A stretch of DNA of 26,278 bases, counting the filler, from Ionaspis alba (lineage: Eukaryota): the NCBI GenBank assembly GCA_964255285.1. It is 11 parts of 11 records of this genome, joined end to end, with 100 filler letters (N's around TTAATTAATTAA, not from the genome) between each part and the next. Parts side by side here need not be neighbours in the genome. Positions count along the whole stretch, not along the records: positions 1 to 2,451 come from CAXUUL010001271.1; positions 2,552 to 4,991 come from CAXUUL010001273.1; positions 5,092 to 7,468 come from CAXUUL010001274.1; positions 7,569 to 9,944 come from CAXUUL010001275.1; positions 10,045 to 12,368 come from CAXUUL010001276.1; 6 more parts are not named here. The stretch is one strand, 5' to 3'. Below the pieces are notes generated by a model that did not search any database, was not told the origin of the DNA, and worked only from the letters and a program-made list of their open reading frames with translations. Positions 1 through 10,365 of this stretch are shown here, piece by piece. Each line of letters opens with the position of its first letter. The stretch's first letter is position 1. Made by a program: the position numbers and the translations under genes.

Positions 1-85
1 GGAGACGGAGGAAGCGGTGGGAGCTGGTTGATGGTCTGAGAATTGCTCTGGAGGGTAGGAGTAGGAAGCTTGTGATGAGAGGCAT
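1..85 (-). CDS. Possible 5' end of a gene encoding a mitochondrial-presequence-like N-terminus (runs off the window start)
   Basis: ATG at 85 on the minus strand reads MPLITSFLLLPSRAILRPSTSSHRFLRL to the edge. It is rich in S/R/L and has no acidic residues. Only 28 codons are visible. Confidence 0.3.
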   Translation of the reverse strand, partial: MPLITSFLLLPSRAILRPSTSSHRFLRL

Positions 86-508
86 CAATGGGCCGTTGGA
101 AGGAAATGGTGGATGTTTTGAGGTATTGATTGAGCGAAGTGGGGTGGGACGCGGGGTTAACGGGCTATCACCGGCCTCTGGCCTTCGCCAGAGGCAATGG
201 TCCTTTATCACCAAACGTTGAATGTTGGCAATATCTTTTTTCGTTTCTATAGTCCATAATGTTCGCCCGTCCTATACACACACTATCAGTGCAATAAATC
301 TTATCCAGCTACAAGACCGTTTCGCCCAACGTTCTACCTTCTCATTTACTTGTTCTTAACGTCTCAAAATCGCGTACAATGCTTGCACGCAGGCTCCTCA
401 ATGAAACCTCCCTCCAGGGTTCCCGGTTTGGACTGTTTGATATGCTCGGTTGATAAATTCATCCCGATGGTTTACCATCCAGTTCTTCCGTAGGATCGTC
501 TGGAAGTT

Positions 509-1100
509 TCACAATCTGGCTCTTAATTTCTGATTCTCCTTCGCCAATAGATCTGCCTCGGACAGGTCGGTATAATCATCACTCGTCCTTTCCTGCTTCC
601 CAGGTATCTGCTTTTTCTTCGGTGTAGCGTGATATCCTAAATTTTCATTATCCGCATTGGTGAATTTTTCCCTCGCTGTCTCGTTGTATTCCTAGCTCTA
701 GTAGCTTAGCAAACACTGCTGCAAAGTCTTTGGAAAAGAGGTCTCTATCTTCGGCATATTTCTTGACCCATGGCGGAAAAGCTAGATCGGTCTGGAGAGC
801 CATGTCCGTTGGTAGCATCATCAGTTCCGTCTCGGTGTCCTCGTCATAGTGCATAATCTGCTCAACGCCATTTGGCGGTTTCTTTTGCTTCCAGGACAGG
901 GAGCGTAAAAGTCGGTAATATTGGTTGCTAATCCGGGTCGGCTTGTGTACCCATGGACCTTCGAACCGGCTAGACCTCGCCAGTTTCATGTTCGCTGTGG
1001 AGACTGGAATCAGGTCTCACGATCTATCGCTATGATGAAGTAGTGCTGCAATGTCTTTACGAACTGCAGAGAAGTCTTGTGAGCTGGGCTTTTCAGCCAT
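509..1100 (-). pseudogene. Peroxisomal cytochrome c peroxidase-like (Ccp2-type class I heme peroxidase) pseudogene with internal deletion and frameshift
   Basis: Exon 1 (1100-1021) reads MAEKPSSQDFSAVRKDIAALLH-HSDRS. A GTGAGA..CTAG intron spans 1020-970. Exon 2 reads RFEGPWVHKPTRISNQYYRLL..ELMMLPTDMAL..DFAAVFAKLLELGIQRD. The central region with the distal RLAWH motif and the proximal His is absent. A +1 frameshift near 663 gives a stop at 648-650, while the other frame continues TNADNENLGYHATPKK..KLRARL* (stop 509-511, PTS1-like ARL). Confidence 0.85.
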
Positions 1101-2347
1101 GACCAAATAAAGAGGTGGTGCTAAAGTCAGTCAAGGAAGCAAGAAACACCAGCTTTATCTCTGGACGAGGCGTTCAAAGACTGGGCGGGAAGACTACCAA
1201 GCACGAGCAGAAGGTATTTCTAAAAGATGGATACTCGACGATCTCTTGTCATCAGCCCGGGTCTGATTGTGGTGTGGTCATGACAAACGGGGAAATATCC
1301 ATAGATTTATGTTTGTATAACCGCGGTATGGCTATTCTGAAATCTATAATTCAGCAGATCCATGATGGCAACAGTAAGTAAGTTAGAGCTCAACCGTATC
1401 TTATTCATAGACCGCGACTTTTGCTCTTGAATGTACCGAGCGAATTTGGAGGGAATATTTTAGTATAGCTGCCTACGATCCATCTTCATAGGATGTGTAT
1501 GGCGATCGTAGAACATCTTGCAGATGATGTATGAGGACCTGCAGCCTTGTTCAAAGCACCAAGTCAATCCGCCACAACCTCGGCAAGCAATCGACCTGAC
1601 AGGGGGATAGAAACCCTGCATCGGAGACCGGCAACGCTGCCACCGCGTTGTCCACTTGTGCCCGCATTCGGACGACAACAAAGATAAGCCATTGAAGCAA
1701 GTCGCGAACCACCACTTCCATCCTCGAATCTACTCCTACAATGTGACGCATCCGGTCTTTATCTCACGACTACCATCCTCTTCAGCCAGTAATATCAACG
1801 CACTCGCCATATCAACCATCGCAAGCGGACAAAGGTGATCTCAATGCCTCACAACAAAAACCCCATTGTGATCGCGCCGGCGTACTGTAGAATATCTACT
1901 CGAAATACACCCAGTTCGACCACATTCACGAGGAGAGATTGGCGCATTGGTTTGCGCGGAATAATTGTGGATATTCGGTGACAATAGCAGCGTTCGTTTC
2001 TATTGAAGCCATCGCTGTTGTCGCTGAAGTCTGTAAATTGGAGAAATTCGGGTTGGGACAATAGTTTGCGATTGAGCAACAATAAGCAATTTTTCCTGTC
2101 CATTGACGAGGTCAACACACTGGTACCGTGGCAAGGTCGTAAAGTAAGATACCCTTCAACACTTTCACTCCTCTCCACCTTTCTTCCACATCAAAAACAA
2201 CGTTCCATATCTCGAGTCACTGTACCAAAGCACGTTGAAGTTCTTGCACATCTCACATAAGTCGAGTCTCTTCCACTAAATACCATCAAAGGCTCTCGAG
2301 GAGTCCAAAACTTCATCGCAACACAACTAACCACTAAGTCATCTAGA

Positions 2348-2407
2348 GATGCCTCATCCAATGATGCCTCATCCAGGGATGCCTCATCCAGGGATACCTA
2401 CACCAGG
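2348..2407 (+). repeat. 15-bp tandem repeat x4 (GATGCCTCATCCAGG consensus), possibly coding MPHPG repeats at a gene start
   Basis: Units are gatgcctcatccaat / gatgcctcatccagg / gatgcctcatccagg / gatacctacaccagg. ATG at 2349 gives MPHPMMPHPGMPHPGIPTPGRRQTRSMSRDATPA, open to the contig end at 2451. Confidence 0.8.
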
Positions 2408-2451
2408 CAGGCGTCAGACGCGTTCGATGAGCCGCGACGCAACACCAGCGC

Positions 2452-2551
2452 NNNNNNNNNNNNNNNNNNNNNNNNNNNNNNNNNNNNNNNNNNNNTTAAT
2501 TAATTAANNNNNNNNNNNNNNNNNNNNNNNNNNNNNNNNNNNNNNNNNNNN
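2452..2551. other. Artificial contig spacer
   Basis: N44-TTAATTAATTAA-N44; the 12-mer has stops in all six frames. Confidence 0.99.
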
Positions 2552-2805
2552 AGGATATGGACGATGTGTGGTTCTTGGATATACTTTTTATAGGCTAGCG
2601 GAGGTATTTAAGGAATGCATCACTTCTCAGTCATAGCCTCACAAGTGTGTCGTAGACGTCACTGTCACTCTGTAGGATCTTTCGATACTATGATTAATGT
2701 TGCTTCGAGCGAGACTAATTCCAATCCTTGCTGACTCAACCTTCAAAATTCGTGGTTAGTACGAAGAACTCCTGCCCCCTTTTACTATAGCAACTACCAG
2801 AGCAA

Positions 2806-4991
2806 CTACAAATAATCAGCCGCCCTCGCTCGCTCACCACCCCTCCTTTCCTCCCCTGGCTTTGGTCCAACACCACGACCTTCATAACTCGGACTCCGTC
2901 TCCTTCCGCCTCCAACCCAAGCATCTCTAGCGCCACCTCTGCCACCCCTTTCTCCACCACCCCGTCCACCTCCTCTTGCACCACCACCATCTCTCCTGAC
3001 TCTGTCTTCCACCTCCAGACTACTCGTATTTCTCCTTCTTCTCGCACCCCGCTCACTCCTCCGACTCTCCACCGAAGAGCTACTACGCCTTCTTCTCAAG
3101 CCGCCCGTTTTCCTTTCCCTCGATCGACTCCTGGAAGGCGAATACCCACCTTTCCCACCACCACGTCGGAAGGGCAACGGCGACCTTGATCGCTCACGAC
3201 TTTCCCTCCTCGCACCTCTCCTCATCGGTGGCGACCTAGATCTCGATCTCGATCTCGAAACTGACAGGCCTCTTGCACCTCTCCCAGCAGGAGCCCTTCT
3301 CGGGGGCGGCGTCACGGAGCGCGAATAATTCCTTCTCGTACCTCTTCCGGCACCGTTCCTTCGAGGCCGAGATTGCGATCTCGATCTCGAGCGCGAGGAA
3401 TAAGAAGGCGAGCGCCTCCGCCTGCGGTAGGCATCCTCACTAATCGAACGGTCGCGGCCGCGTGGCGCGAGTCTGCGCGGTGGAGAGCGGGAGATGGGTC
3501 GTGCTGGACGAGACACTGGCGGAGGAGAAGACAGCTGTCTGCGACGAGGTGGCGGTGATCGCGAACGTGAAGCTGAAGGTGAGGTGGAATATCTGCGAGC
3601 CCGACCACCACCGTTCTTGCGGGGAGGCGAGCGCGAAGGTGAGCGTGTGTAGCTTCTTCCACGGCGGTCGCGAGTGCGTGAGGGGGAGCGAGAGCGCGAA
3701 TAGGAGCTCGAGGAGCCGGTGTAGGAGGAGTAGCTCGAGACGGAGTCGGAATCGGAGTCGGACTCTGGCCTGGGGGCTGGCAGGGCTGGAATGACAGGTT
3801 TGGGCATGTTCTTGAGATGCTCGCGCATTTCCTCGGTGACAGCGCCCATGCCGATGCTGGTGAAGTAATTGATGGAGAAGCGGGTATTGCGGGGGTTATC
3901 TTTGGGGAAGATGCCGTCGTAGCTGGAGCGAAGTAGGTCGTCTTTGAGACGGGCCTGAAGTTTGGCCATGCCAAGGGCTTCGGCGAGGTCTTGGAAGAGG
4001 ATTTTGATGAAAATGCGGGAGCTGGAGGTTGTTTCTTCTTCGTTGAGGTGGATGATGGACAGGACGTGCCAGCCAATAGCATCCGAGCTAAGCATGTGCC
4101 CGAAAAAGCGGGCGATGTTTCGAAGGCGGTTGGTTTCGTAGCGGTGGATGGTGTCGTAGTATTTGGCGAAGGAGGCTTCGAAGAGCTCGGTCCAGAGCCG
4201 GTTGAGCTTTGCGAAGCGCTCGCCGATGAGGCCGTAGAATTTGGAATAGGTACGTTCCTGGGAGCAGCATTCGATGACCATGGAGGGAAGTTCGGGTTCT
4301 TGCCCTGGTGGGAGGTTGACTTTCATGAGTTTGTGACAGCATTCTTCGAAGTCGATGCTGGACATGATGGTGAGGTAGATGGTTCTTCGAAGATTGACAA
4401 GATCAGTGTTGCTCTGGTCCTTGATTTCCATCTCCCGTTCTTCTTTGGCTTCTTCGTCGTCCGAACTATCCTCGTCGTCGTCTTCGTCATCATCGTCACT
4501 CCCGGATGCTTCTCCCAAAATCTCGGCTTTCAATTTCTTATAGGCCTCTTCATGCTCCTCCCACTCCGGATCGAACTTAAAAACATTGAGACCATCTTGA
4601 ACTTCGACATCATCATCTAAACTTATTCGATGAGTGATTTGGTCCTCCTCTTCCACCAAGTCCAACTCCTCTTTGATAGCAGGATTATCCTTGTACTTGT
4701 CCTTCCGGACTTGGAAAAGGACCTCGATCATGTATTGCACTCGCTTGTCAATGTCCTGCTCGTGAAGAATGCTTCGGAACTGGTCAAACACAGCCAGCGC
4801 GATCGGTCCACTCATCTCCTCAAGATGCTGTCCGACTTCTCTCGTCAGACCAACTGCAATTTCAACGCTGTCATCGGTAGGCTTGTGTAGGAGAAGCAAC
4901 AATATCTGCGCGGCTACCATCTCATGTGCCACCTGCTGGTTGACCAGATGTGCAATAAATGTTGTAGAAGACAAACAGACAGCTTTATCAT
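2806..4991 (-). CDS. CWC22: Pre-mRNA splicing factor Cwc22 (end of MIF4G, MA3 domain, long RS-rich tail); 5' truncated
   Basis: DKAVCLSSTTFIAHLVNQQVAHE, LHKPTDDSVEIAV, DLVNLRRTIYLTIMSSIDFEECCHKL, IECCSQERTYSKFYGL, TIHRYETNRLRNIARFFGH, NEEETTSSSRIFIKILFQ and NTRFSINYFTSIGMG are hallmark Cwc22 motifs. The frame is open to the contig edge; stop at 2806-2808. Confidence 0.97.
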
Positions 4992-5091
4992 NNNNNNNNN
5001 NNNNNNNNNNNNNNNNNNNNNNNNNNNNNNNNNNNTTAATTAATTAANNNNNNNNNNNNNNNNNNNNNNNNNNNNNNNNNNNNNNNNNNNN
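4992..5091. other. Artificial contig spacer
   Basis: N44-TTAATTAATTAA-N44. Confidence 0.99.
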
Positions 5092-7468
5092 CTGCTCCGA
5101 TCGCCGCACCCGCTATGCCTGCCAAGGCTGGAGCAGCCCACGAGCTATCACCCTTGTGCTTCGGATCCACGCCCTCTTGCTTTCTCGAACGATCAACTTC
5201 CCGCTCGTACTCCTTCTCCCGCCGAGCCTTGTCTTCAGCTTTCTCCGCTCGTCTCCTAGCTCGCCGTTTCTCCCTCTCAAGGTGTTCCTGTTCCTCAGCC
5301 TCTTTCCGCAAGGCCTTCTCCCTGTGCTCGTGTTCTCTTTCACGTTCCCTGCGGCGATCTTTCTCTTCTTGTTCTCGAGTGAAGTCAAAGCGTACAGAAC
5401 CAGAGTCATCACGTGTAGATGACCTCCTCGGCAATTTGGGCTCAATCTCAACAATCTTGGGTGTGGGGGACGAGTCACGTCTGCGCGTCTTCTTGTCTCT
5501 GGTGATATCGCGAGATTGTGCTGTATAACTTTCAGGGAACCCACTAGGAATCTCAACGTGCCTTGCGTCCATACTTGGTCTGCCATGCCCGTAATCTGAT
5601 GGATATGGTGGTTGAGATCGCTCGGAGAATACAGTAGCACCAGTCGGCGCGCTGTACGAATGATATGTTGGTGCCTGGGTAGTGTAGACAGAGGAAGAAA
5701 CAGGAGCGATAGGCTGAGGGTGCTGGATCGGTATTGGAGCCGGTCTGGAAGTCACCAATGGATCATGAGGAGATACCATAGGATTCTGTGCATAGTCATG
5801 ATGAGGAGAATCGTAAATCGGCATAGGAGGAACGTGCTGAAGAGGAGGAAGGTTGCTCGAGCTGCTCACCACGGAATCGTGATGGTAGTCCCTTGACGCC
5901 AGAGTAGCACCAGCAGCGACACCCGCAGCAGCACCAGCGGCGGCGTAGGGGAAGTGCTCAGTAGGTTTCGGGCTACGCTTCTTTTCCTTCTTGGTTCCCC
6001 ACCTCCAGCCCCATTTACCTGTACCAGAAGAGTCTGAACGCAACGATGATGAGCTTCCTCGTCGATGAACTCCATATGCCAGGGTTGAGTCCACACTGGA
6101 TTGACCCTCGGATGCAGACTCCCACCCATCTTCTTCACGACTCCGCGAATGGTTTCGTTTGCCATCGTGCCTTTGGCGAGAGGTGCTATGCTTGTTCTTG
6201 ACATCCTTGACGGCCACAACATCCGCACGACGCTTGCCTTTATCGCCTTTTCGAGCCTCAGTTGCAGCAAGCGCAGCCGCAGCGGCGCCAAGACCAAGTA
6301 CTGCATTTTGAGCATCTTGATGATCCTTGATTCTCGGTTTAGATGACCTCTTGCCTCTCGACCGATCGGATCCAACACCGAAAGCAAGAGCGCTGTCACT
6401 AGACGAAGACGATGAATTCCCGAAGTTGAAGAACCCAGTCTTCTGTTTCTTTTTGTGGCTGCTTCGCTTCTTCGTTTCAGGCGGTGGACTGAAGAAGCCT
6501 CCAAAGATGCCGGTCTCTTGCTTGGGACTCTGTCGCCTCATCTCTACATAAGACGACCGGGGCGAGTGGTGCGGCTTGTGCTGGCTTCGCCCATTGTGAT
6601 CGTCTTTCACGTAGACCACTGAACGTCTTTCTCGGCTACGAGATCTGCTTCGATGCTTGGACTTCTTGGGTGATTTACTGCGTTTTCGAACAGTCGAAGC
6701 TATGACTGAAGAACCAATGGCTGCTCCAATAGCTGCCTCAGCCAGACCTGACTTCCGGTTCCTTGAACGTGACCGAGATCGGGAACGACGTCTATCGCTG
6801 TAGGTGGTCATGCTTGGACCTCCATGATGACCTTCATGAGAAACCTTCTTATAGATCTTTCCATCGCTCGTGATACCAGTCTCAATGCGATCCCTGGACC
6901 GGCTTCGATGTGAGGAATGAATATCCGAAGATTTCCGCGTCACCCCATGAGAGCCACGACTTTTTCGATCAGGTGATCGACTATGGCGACGTCCCTGTAG
7001 AGATGTAGTAGAGTAATTGACACGACCAGATTTGACACTATAGGTATCGTCGAAGTCACGGTTATCCCCGAAAAGGCTCTTTCCAACTTGTGCCAACCCG
7101 TATCCTGCGATACCGGTAGCGAGCCAAGAGTTGTTGTTGTTCTTCCTTCGCTTTTCATTATCAGAAGAATAGTATCGACTCTCCTTGTCGACTCGGATGC
7201 TACTTCCAAGTCGCTCGTTCGATCTCTTCTTCTTATAATGATGTTTGCGTGGAGCGTCCCGGGGTGAAGATCCGGGCGCGAAGCAGTATCGACAGACGCC
7301 GATGATCTCGCTGTATTCCTCGAATTGAGCTACGCCGTCAGGGTCTCTGAAGAATTCGACGAATTTGTCCAGAGGGCCGTGGTGTTTGTGCTTGTGGGCC
7401 ATTGTTGTAGACAAGAATTGCTGGCTCGGTTGATGAGGTTGACCCGAATAGGAAATGTCATGAGAAGG
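5092..7468 (-). CDS. Internal fragment of a large intrinsically disordered fungal protein (R/S/K-rich, short Ala/Gly hydrophobic motifs, charged coiled coil); resembles proteins annotated as involucrin-repeat proteins
   Basis: One frame is open across the whole 2377-nt contig. It contains a structured-looking block HGPLDKFVEFFRDPDGVAQFEEYSEIIGVCRYCFAPGSSPRDAPRKHHY, motifs GKWGWRWG and PIQHPQPIAPV, and an E/R/K coiled coil. The family label is from recollection only. Confidence 0.8.
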
Positions 7469-7568
7469 NNNNNNNNNNNNNNNNNNNNNNNNNNNNNNNN
7501 NNNNNNNNNNNNTTAATTAATTAANNNNNNNNNNNNNNNNNNNNNNNNNNNNNNNNNNNNNNNNNNNN
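7469..7568. other. Artificial contig spacer
   Basis: N44-TTAATTAATTAA-N44. Confidence 0.99.
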
Positions 7569-8036
7569 AGCTTCGTGCCAGCGTGTTCGAGCAAAATACG
7601 TTCACTTACTCCTGCCGCGGGGTTAGCTACGCACTTATTGCACATGGTCTAAACACTGCAACCAATATTTGGTCTACCAAATTAAGAGACAGATCACAGA
7701 CTTTGATAGAAGAACCAACGCAGCCAGTTCCAGTGCTCAACATAGCAGACGTATGGGCGACGTCTAACAGAGTGAATGTCAAGGATGCAGAAGCACCGTT
7801 GCACAACAATCACCACTATTGCAAGCGCCGCTAGCCAGACTTGTTCTCAGGGGAAAGAAAGTCCAATGAGTGTATTCCTGTCTAAAATTGTACTTCACGG
7901 GCAAGCACGCACTTCCCGAATCCACCAAATCCAATAATTTGAACCTCTACCCAAACTCCTTAGTGAATGCATGCATTATCAAAGCCACACGCCAATTCCA
8001 AACCGACAAGCGGTCACACTGCCAAGAAGATAATCT

Positions 8037-8807
8037 TTAGGCTGTGCGACGGGGACGAGGCGGCGGTGCCATTGAACCTGAAGCTTCCGGGCCTGGAGTT
8101 TCGGGGCCATAATAAATTCCGTCAGGTGGCCCGCCAGTGTCGTGGAAGGGGCCATTCTTTTTGATATCTTCCTCGGTGATTCGCTCGTACTCGGGGGATA
8201 AGCGACGCGTTCCTGCAACACTGCGATACCACTTGGCCCGCAGCTCAGGAGATGTGAATATCTTGAATTTTAGCACGTCCCCGGGTTGCCAGGCAGTCCA
8301 CAGCTCGGTTACTTGTTCGTCAGCGTTGACGGGATCGGGTTTCACGAAAGTGGGCAAATGGTCTTTGTCCAGCCCGTAATCTTTCCATTGCTCCGGCCCA
8401 AGCTTTCTCCAACCGTCCAGTGACAGCTCCTTGGTATTTTCGCCCCAGGCGCCGCGCTGCAGAGCCTGTACAATTGCAATTCGCCCCTCCGAGTTGAGAT
8501 AATCCTTGAATCCAGGATGTCTTTGTATAGCGCCGACAATGGCGTTCATACAAGAGCCAAGATTTCTTGCGGTTCCTTTAACAGGGAGATTCTCGGGGGT
8601 CTGTCTGTATTCGTTGCTATCAAAGGTACGTAGTGAACAACCCACAACGTAATCGTTGTAGACTTTTGCTTTGACAGTTCCGTCGATATTCGCATCGTGG
8701 TACACAGCGATGAAACGCAGCTCGGTCATGTCCAACCAGATCTTGTATTTCTTGAGTGGTCGAGAGTTTGAAATGATGACTGGCCGGCTTGCAAGGCTAT
8801 CAGTCAT
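8037..8807 (-). CDS. Hypothetical 256-aa protein of unrecognised family
   Basis: Uninterrupted 771-nt ORF with globular-like composition and a GCCATGA start context. There is a candidate 5'-UTR intron at about 8895/8890-8838 (GCTAAC branch, CTAG acceptor) and a TATA-like element at 9025-9034. Confidence 0.7.
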   Translation of the reverse strand: MTDSLASRPVIISNSRPLKKYKIWLDMTELRFIAVYHDANIDGTVKAKVYNDYVVGCSLRTFDSNEYRQTPENLPVKGTARNLGSCMNAIVGAIQRHPGFKDYLNSEGRIAIVQALQRGAWGENTKELSLDGWRKLGPEQWKDYGLDKDHLPTFVKPDPVNADEQVTELWTAWQPGDVLKFKIFTSPELRAKWYRSVAGTRRLSPEYERITEEDIKKNGPFHDTGGPPDGIYYGPETPGPEASGSMAPPPRPRRTA

Positions 8808-9024
8808 GGCGAGAAGCCTGTGTGGTCTTGTCGGCGTCTAGAGGTTCTCCCTTCGTTAGCTTGGCAATGAGAGTAGAGGAACAAACATGCCTGACCTTAA
8901 GATTCGTTGGTATGAGGTGAAAAAGTGTGCTAACGCCTGAGTCGATGATATCAATCTTGCTGGGCTCTTGATGCTGAGTGAGTATTCGATGGCTCTAGGG
9001 AAGGCCATCTGGGCCATTTGGCCT

Positions 9025-9034
9025 CCTATATAGG
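9025..9034 (-). promoter_or_regulatory. Candidate TATA box for the 256-aa orphan gene
   Basis: Palindromic CCTATATAGG about 220 nt upstream of the ATG. Confidence 0.35.
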
Positions 9035-9944
9035 CAACCTGATCTGATCTGGGGTGACACTGCGATAGATATTGGAGATGAATTCTATGATATTCACTCC
9101 ATAATTGTTCACGGAGTCAAGTTGTGAGATCATCATCGTGGCATAGGAAGACGAAATGACTGATGGCCTCATTGGTGAAGAGATGAAGACGCTTTCCAGA
9201 TAGACAGAAGAAAGGATAAACATTTTGAAATGATGGAAAGATTCACCGTTAGATTGACAGGAAATTGATAATCTCGGGAGTATGTCCGGCGACATTTCTG
9301 GTTCATAGCGACTATGCTGAACATCAAAGACATGTGATACACAACGGGTGCAGTACAGCAGCTGTATACGCTCCGAAGTCAATACAAGAAATTTTACAGA
9401 CAAAGTGAATGACCTCTTGAAGGCACCTAACTCAAATCATAGAGTGCGTCATGTGTAATACGGACATGAAAGTCTTCCTCTTCATCAACCTTTAATGTGA
9501 GAGCTAAGGAGTGCTTAATGAAGAGGCGACCCAGAGAAGTCCACACCAAAACCTCCAAATGCAAAGAGAAAGACGGGTTTGAAGGAGCCATGCAACCTAG
9601 CTTTGGTGAGCGGATTGAGGGAGGCCCTAAACTTGTATATTTCCGCACGGGATCTGGAAGATATTCTCGGATATCAACCGTTCACGCGGCTTGCAAAGAA
9701 ATCGGCAAAATAAAAGGACTTATGCCACGAATCAAGGAAAATCAACAATTTTAAACACCAGCAGGCCGAATTGTATGAGATGTTCCAGCGGACGTTTAGT
9801 GGGTGGTCAACTAGAGTACAAGTAAATTGCAGTCTCGATTTGCCAGCCTTTTTCCGAGCCGCGTGTGGTTGGCAAAACCAAAAGAACTTGTGTTAGAAAT
9901 TACGTATAAAATAATAGTTTTGAGCACCGAGAGACCGCCCTATG

Positions 9945-10044
9945 NNNNNNNNNNNNNNNNNNNNNNNNNNNNNNNNNNNNNNNNNNNNTTAATTAATTAA
10001 NNNNNNNNNNNNNNNNNNNNNNNNNNNNNNNNNNNNNNNNNNNN
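9945..10044. other. Artificial contig spacer
   Basis: N44-TTAATTAATTAA-N44. Confidence 0.99.
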
Positions 10045-10365
10045 GAGTACAGCCTTTGAGCATACTGTAGCAACGTCATTGCGCACTCTCATCTTGAAGT
10101 GGCATAGATCCGTGCTGGTTCCATCTCATGCATCGAGGAGGTTGATGCAGGGGGGTCTCGCTTGTTGACTTTGCGGGAGATCGACCACAAGCTTCAGGAA
10201 CCGGTTGTCTCTGCGGCTCAAAAGACCAGCATCCACAATTTTATAACAACGAGAACGAGAAAGAGCTCGCGGACAAACCCTTCTTCTCAATCATCAGTCA
10301 TTCGGTGTGATAGAGACTGCCCTCAACCATAGGACTCGGCGCGTTCGCGCCCACTATCAACCATC

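Noticed and set aside
1115..2340. Several 60-110 aa ORFs in contig 1
   Set aside because: They lack coding-like composition, splice support or motifs; treated as intergenic.
2736..5047. Overlapping and antisense ORFs within CWC22 (for example 3312-4082, 3991-4620)
   Set aside because: They are shadow frames of a GC-rich, low-complexity coding region with no independent motifs.
5113..7209. Alternative-frame ORFs inside the large disordered-protein gene
   Set aside because: Shadow ORFs; the main frame explains the whole contig.
9026..9760. Short ORFs or a possible degenerate gene upstream of the orphan gene
   Set aside because: No recognisable motifs and frequent stops; neither a gene nor a pseudogene can be supported.
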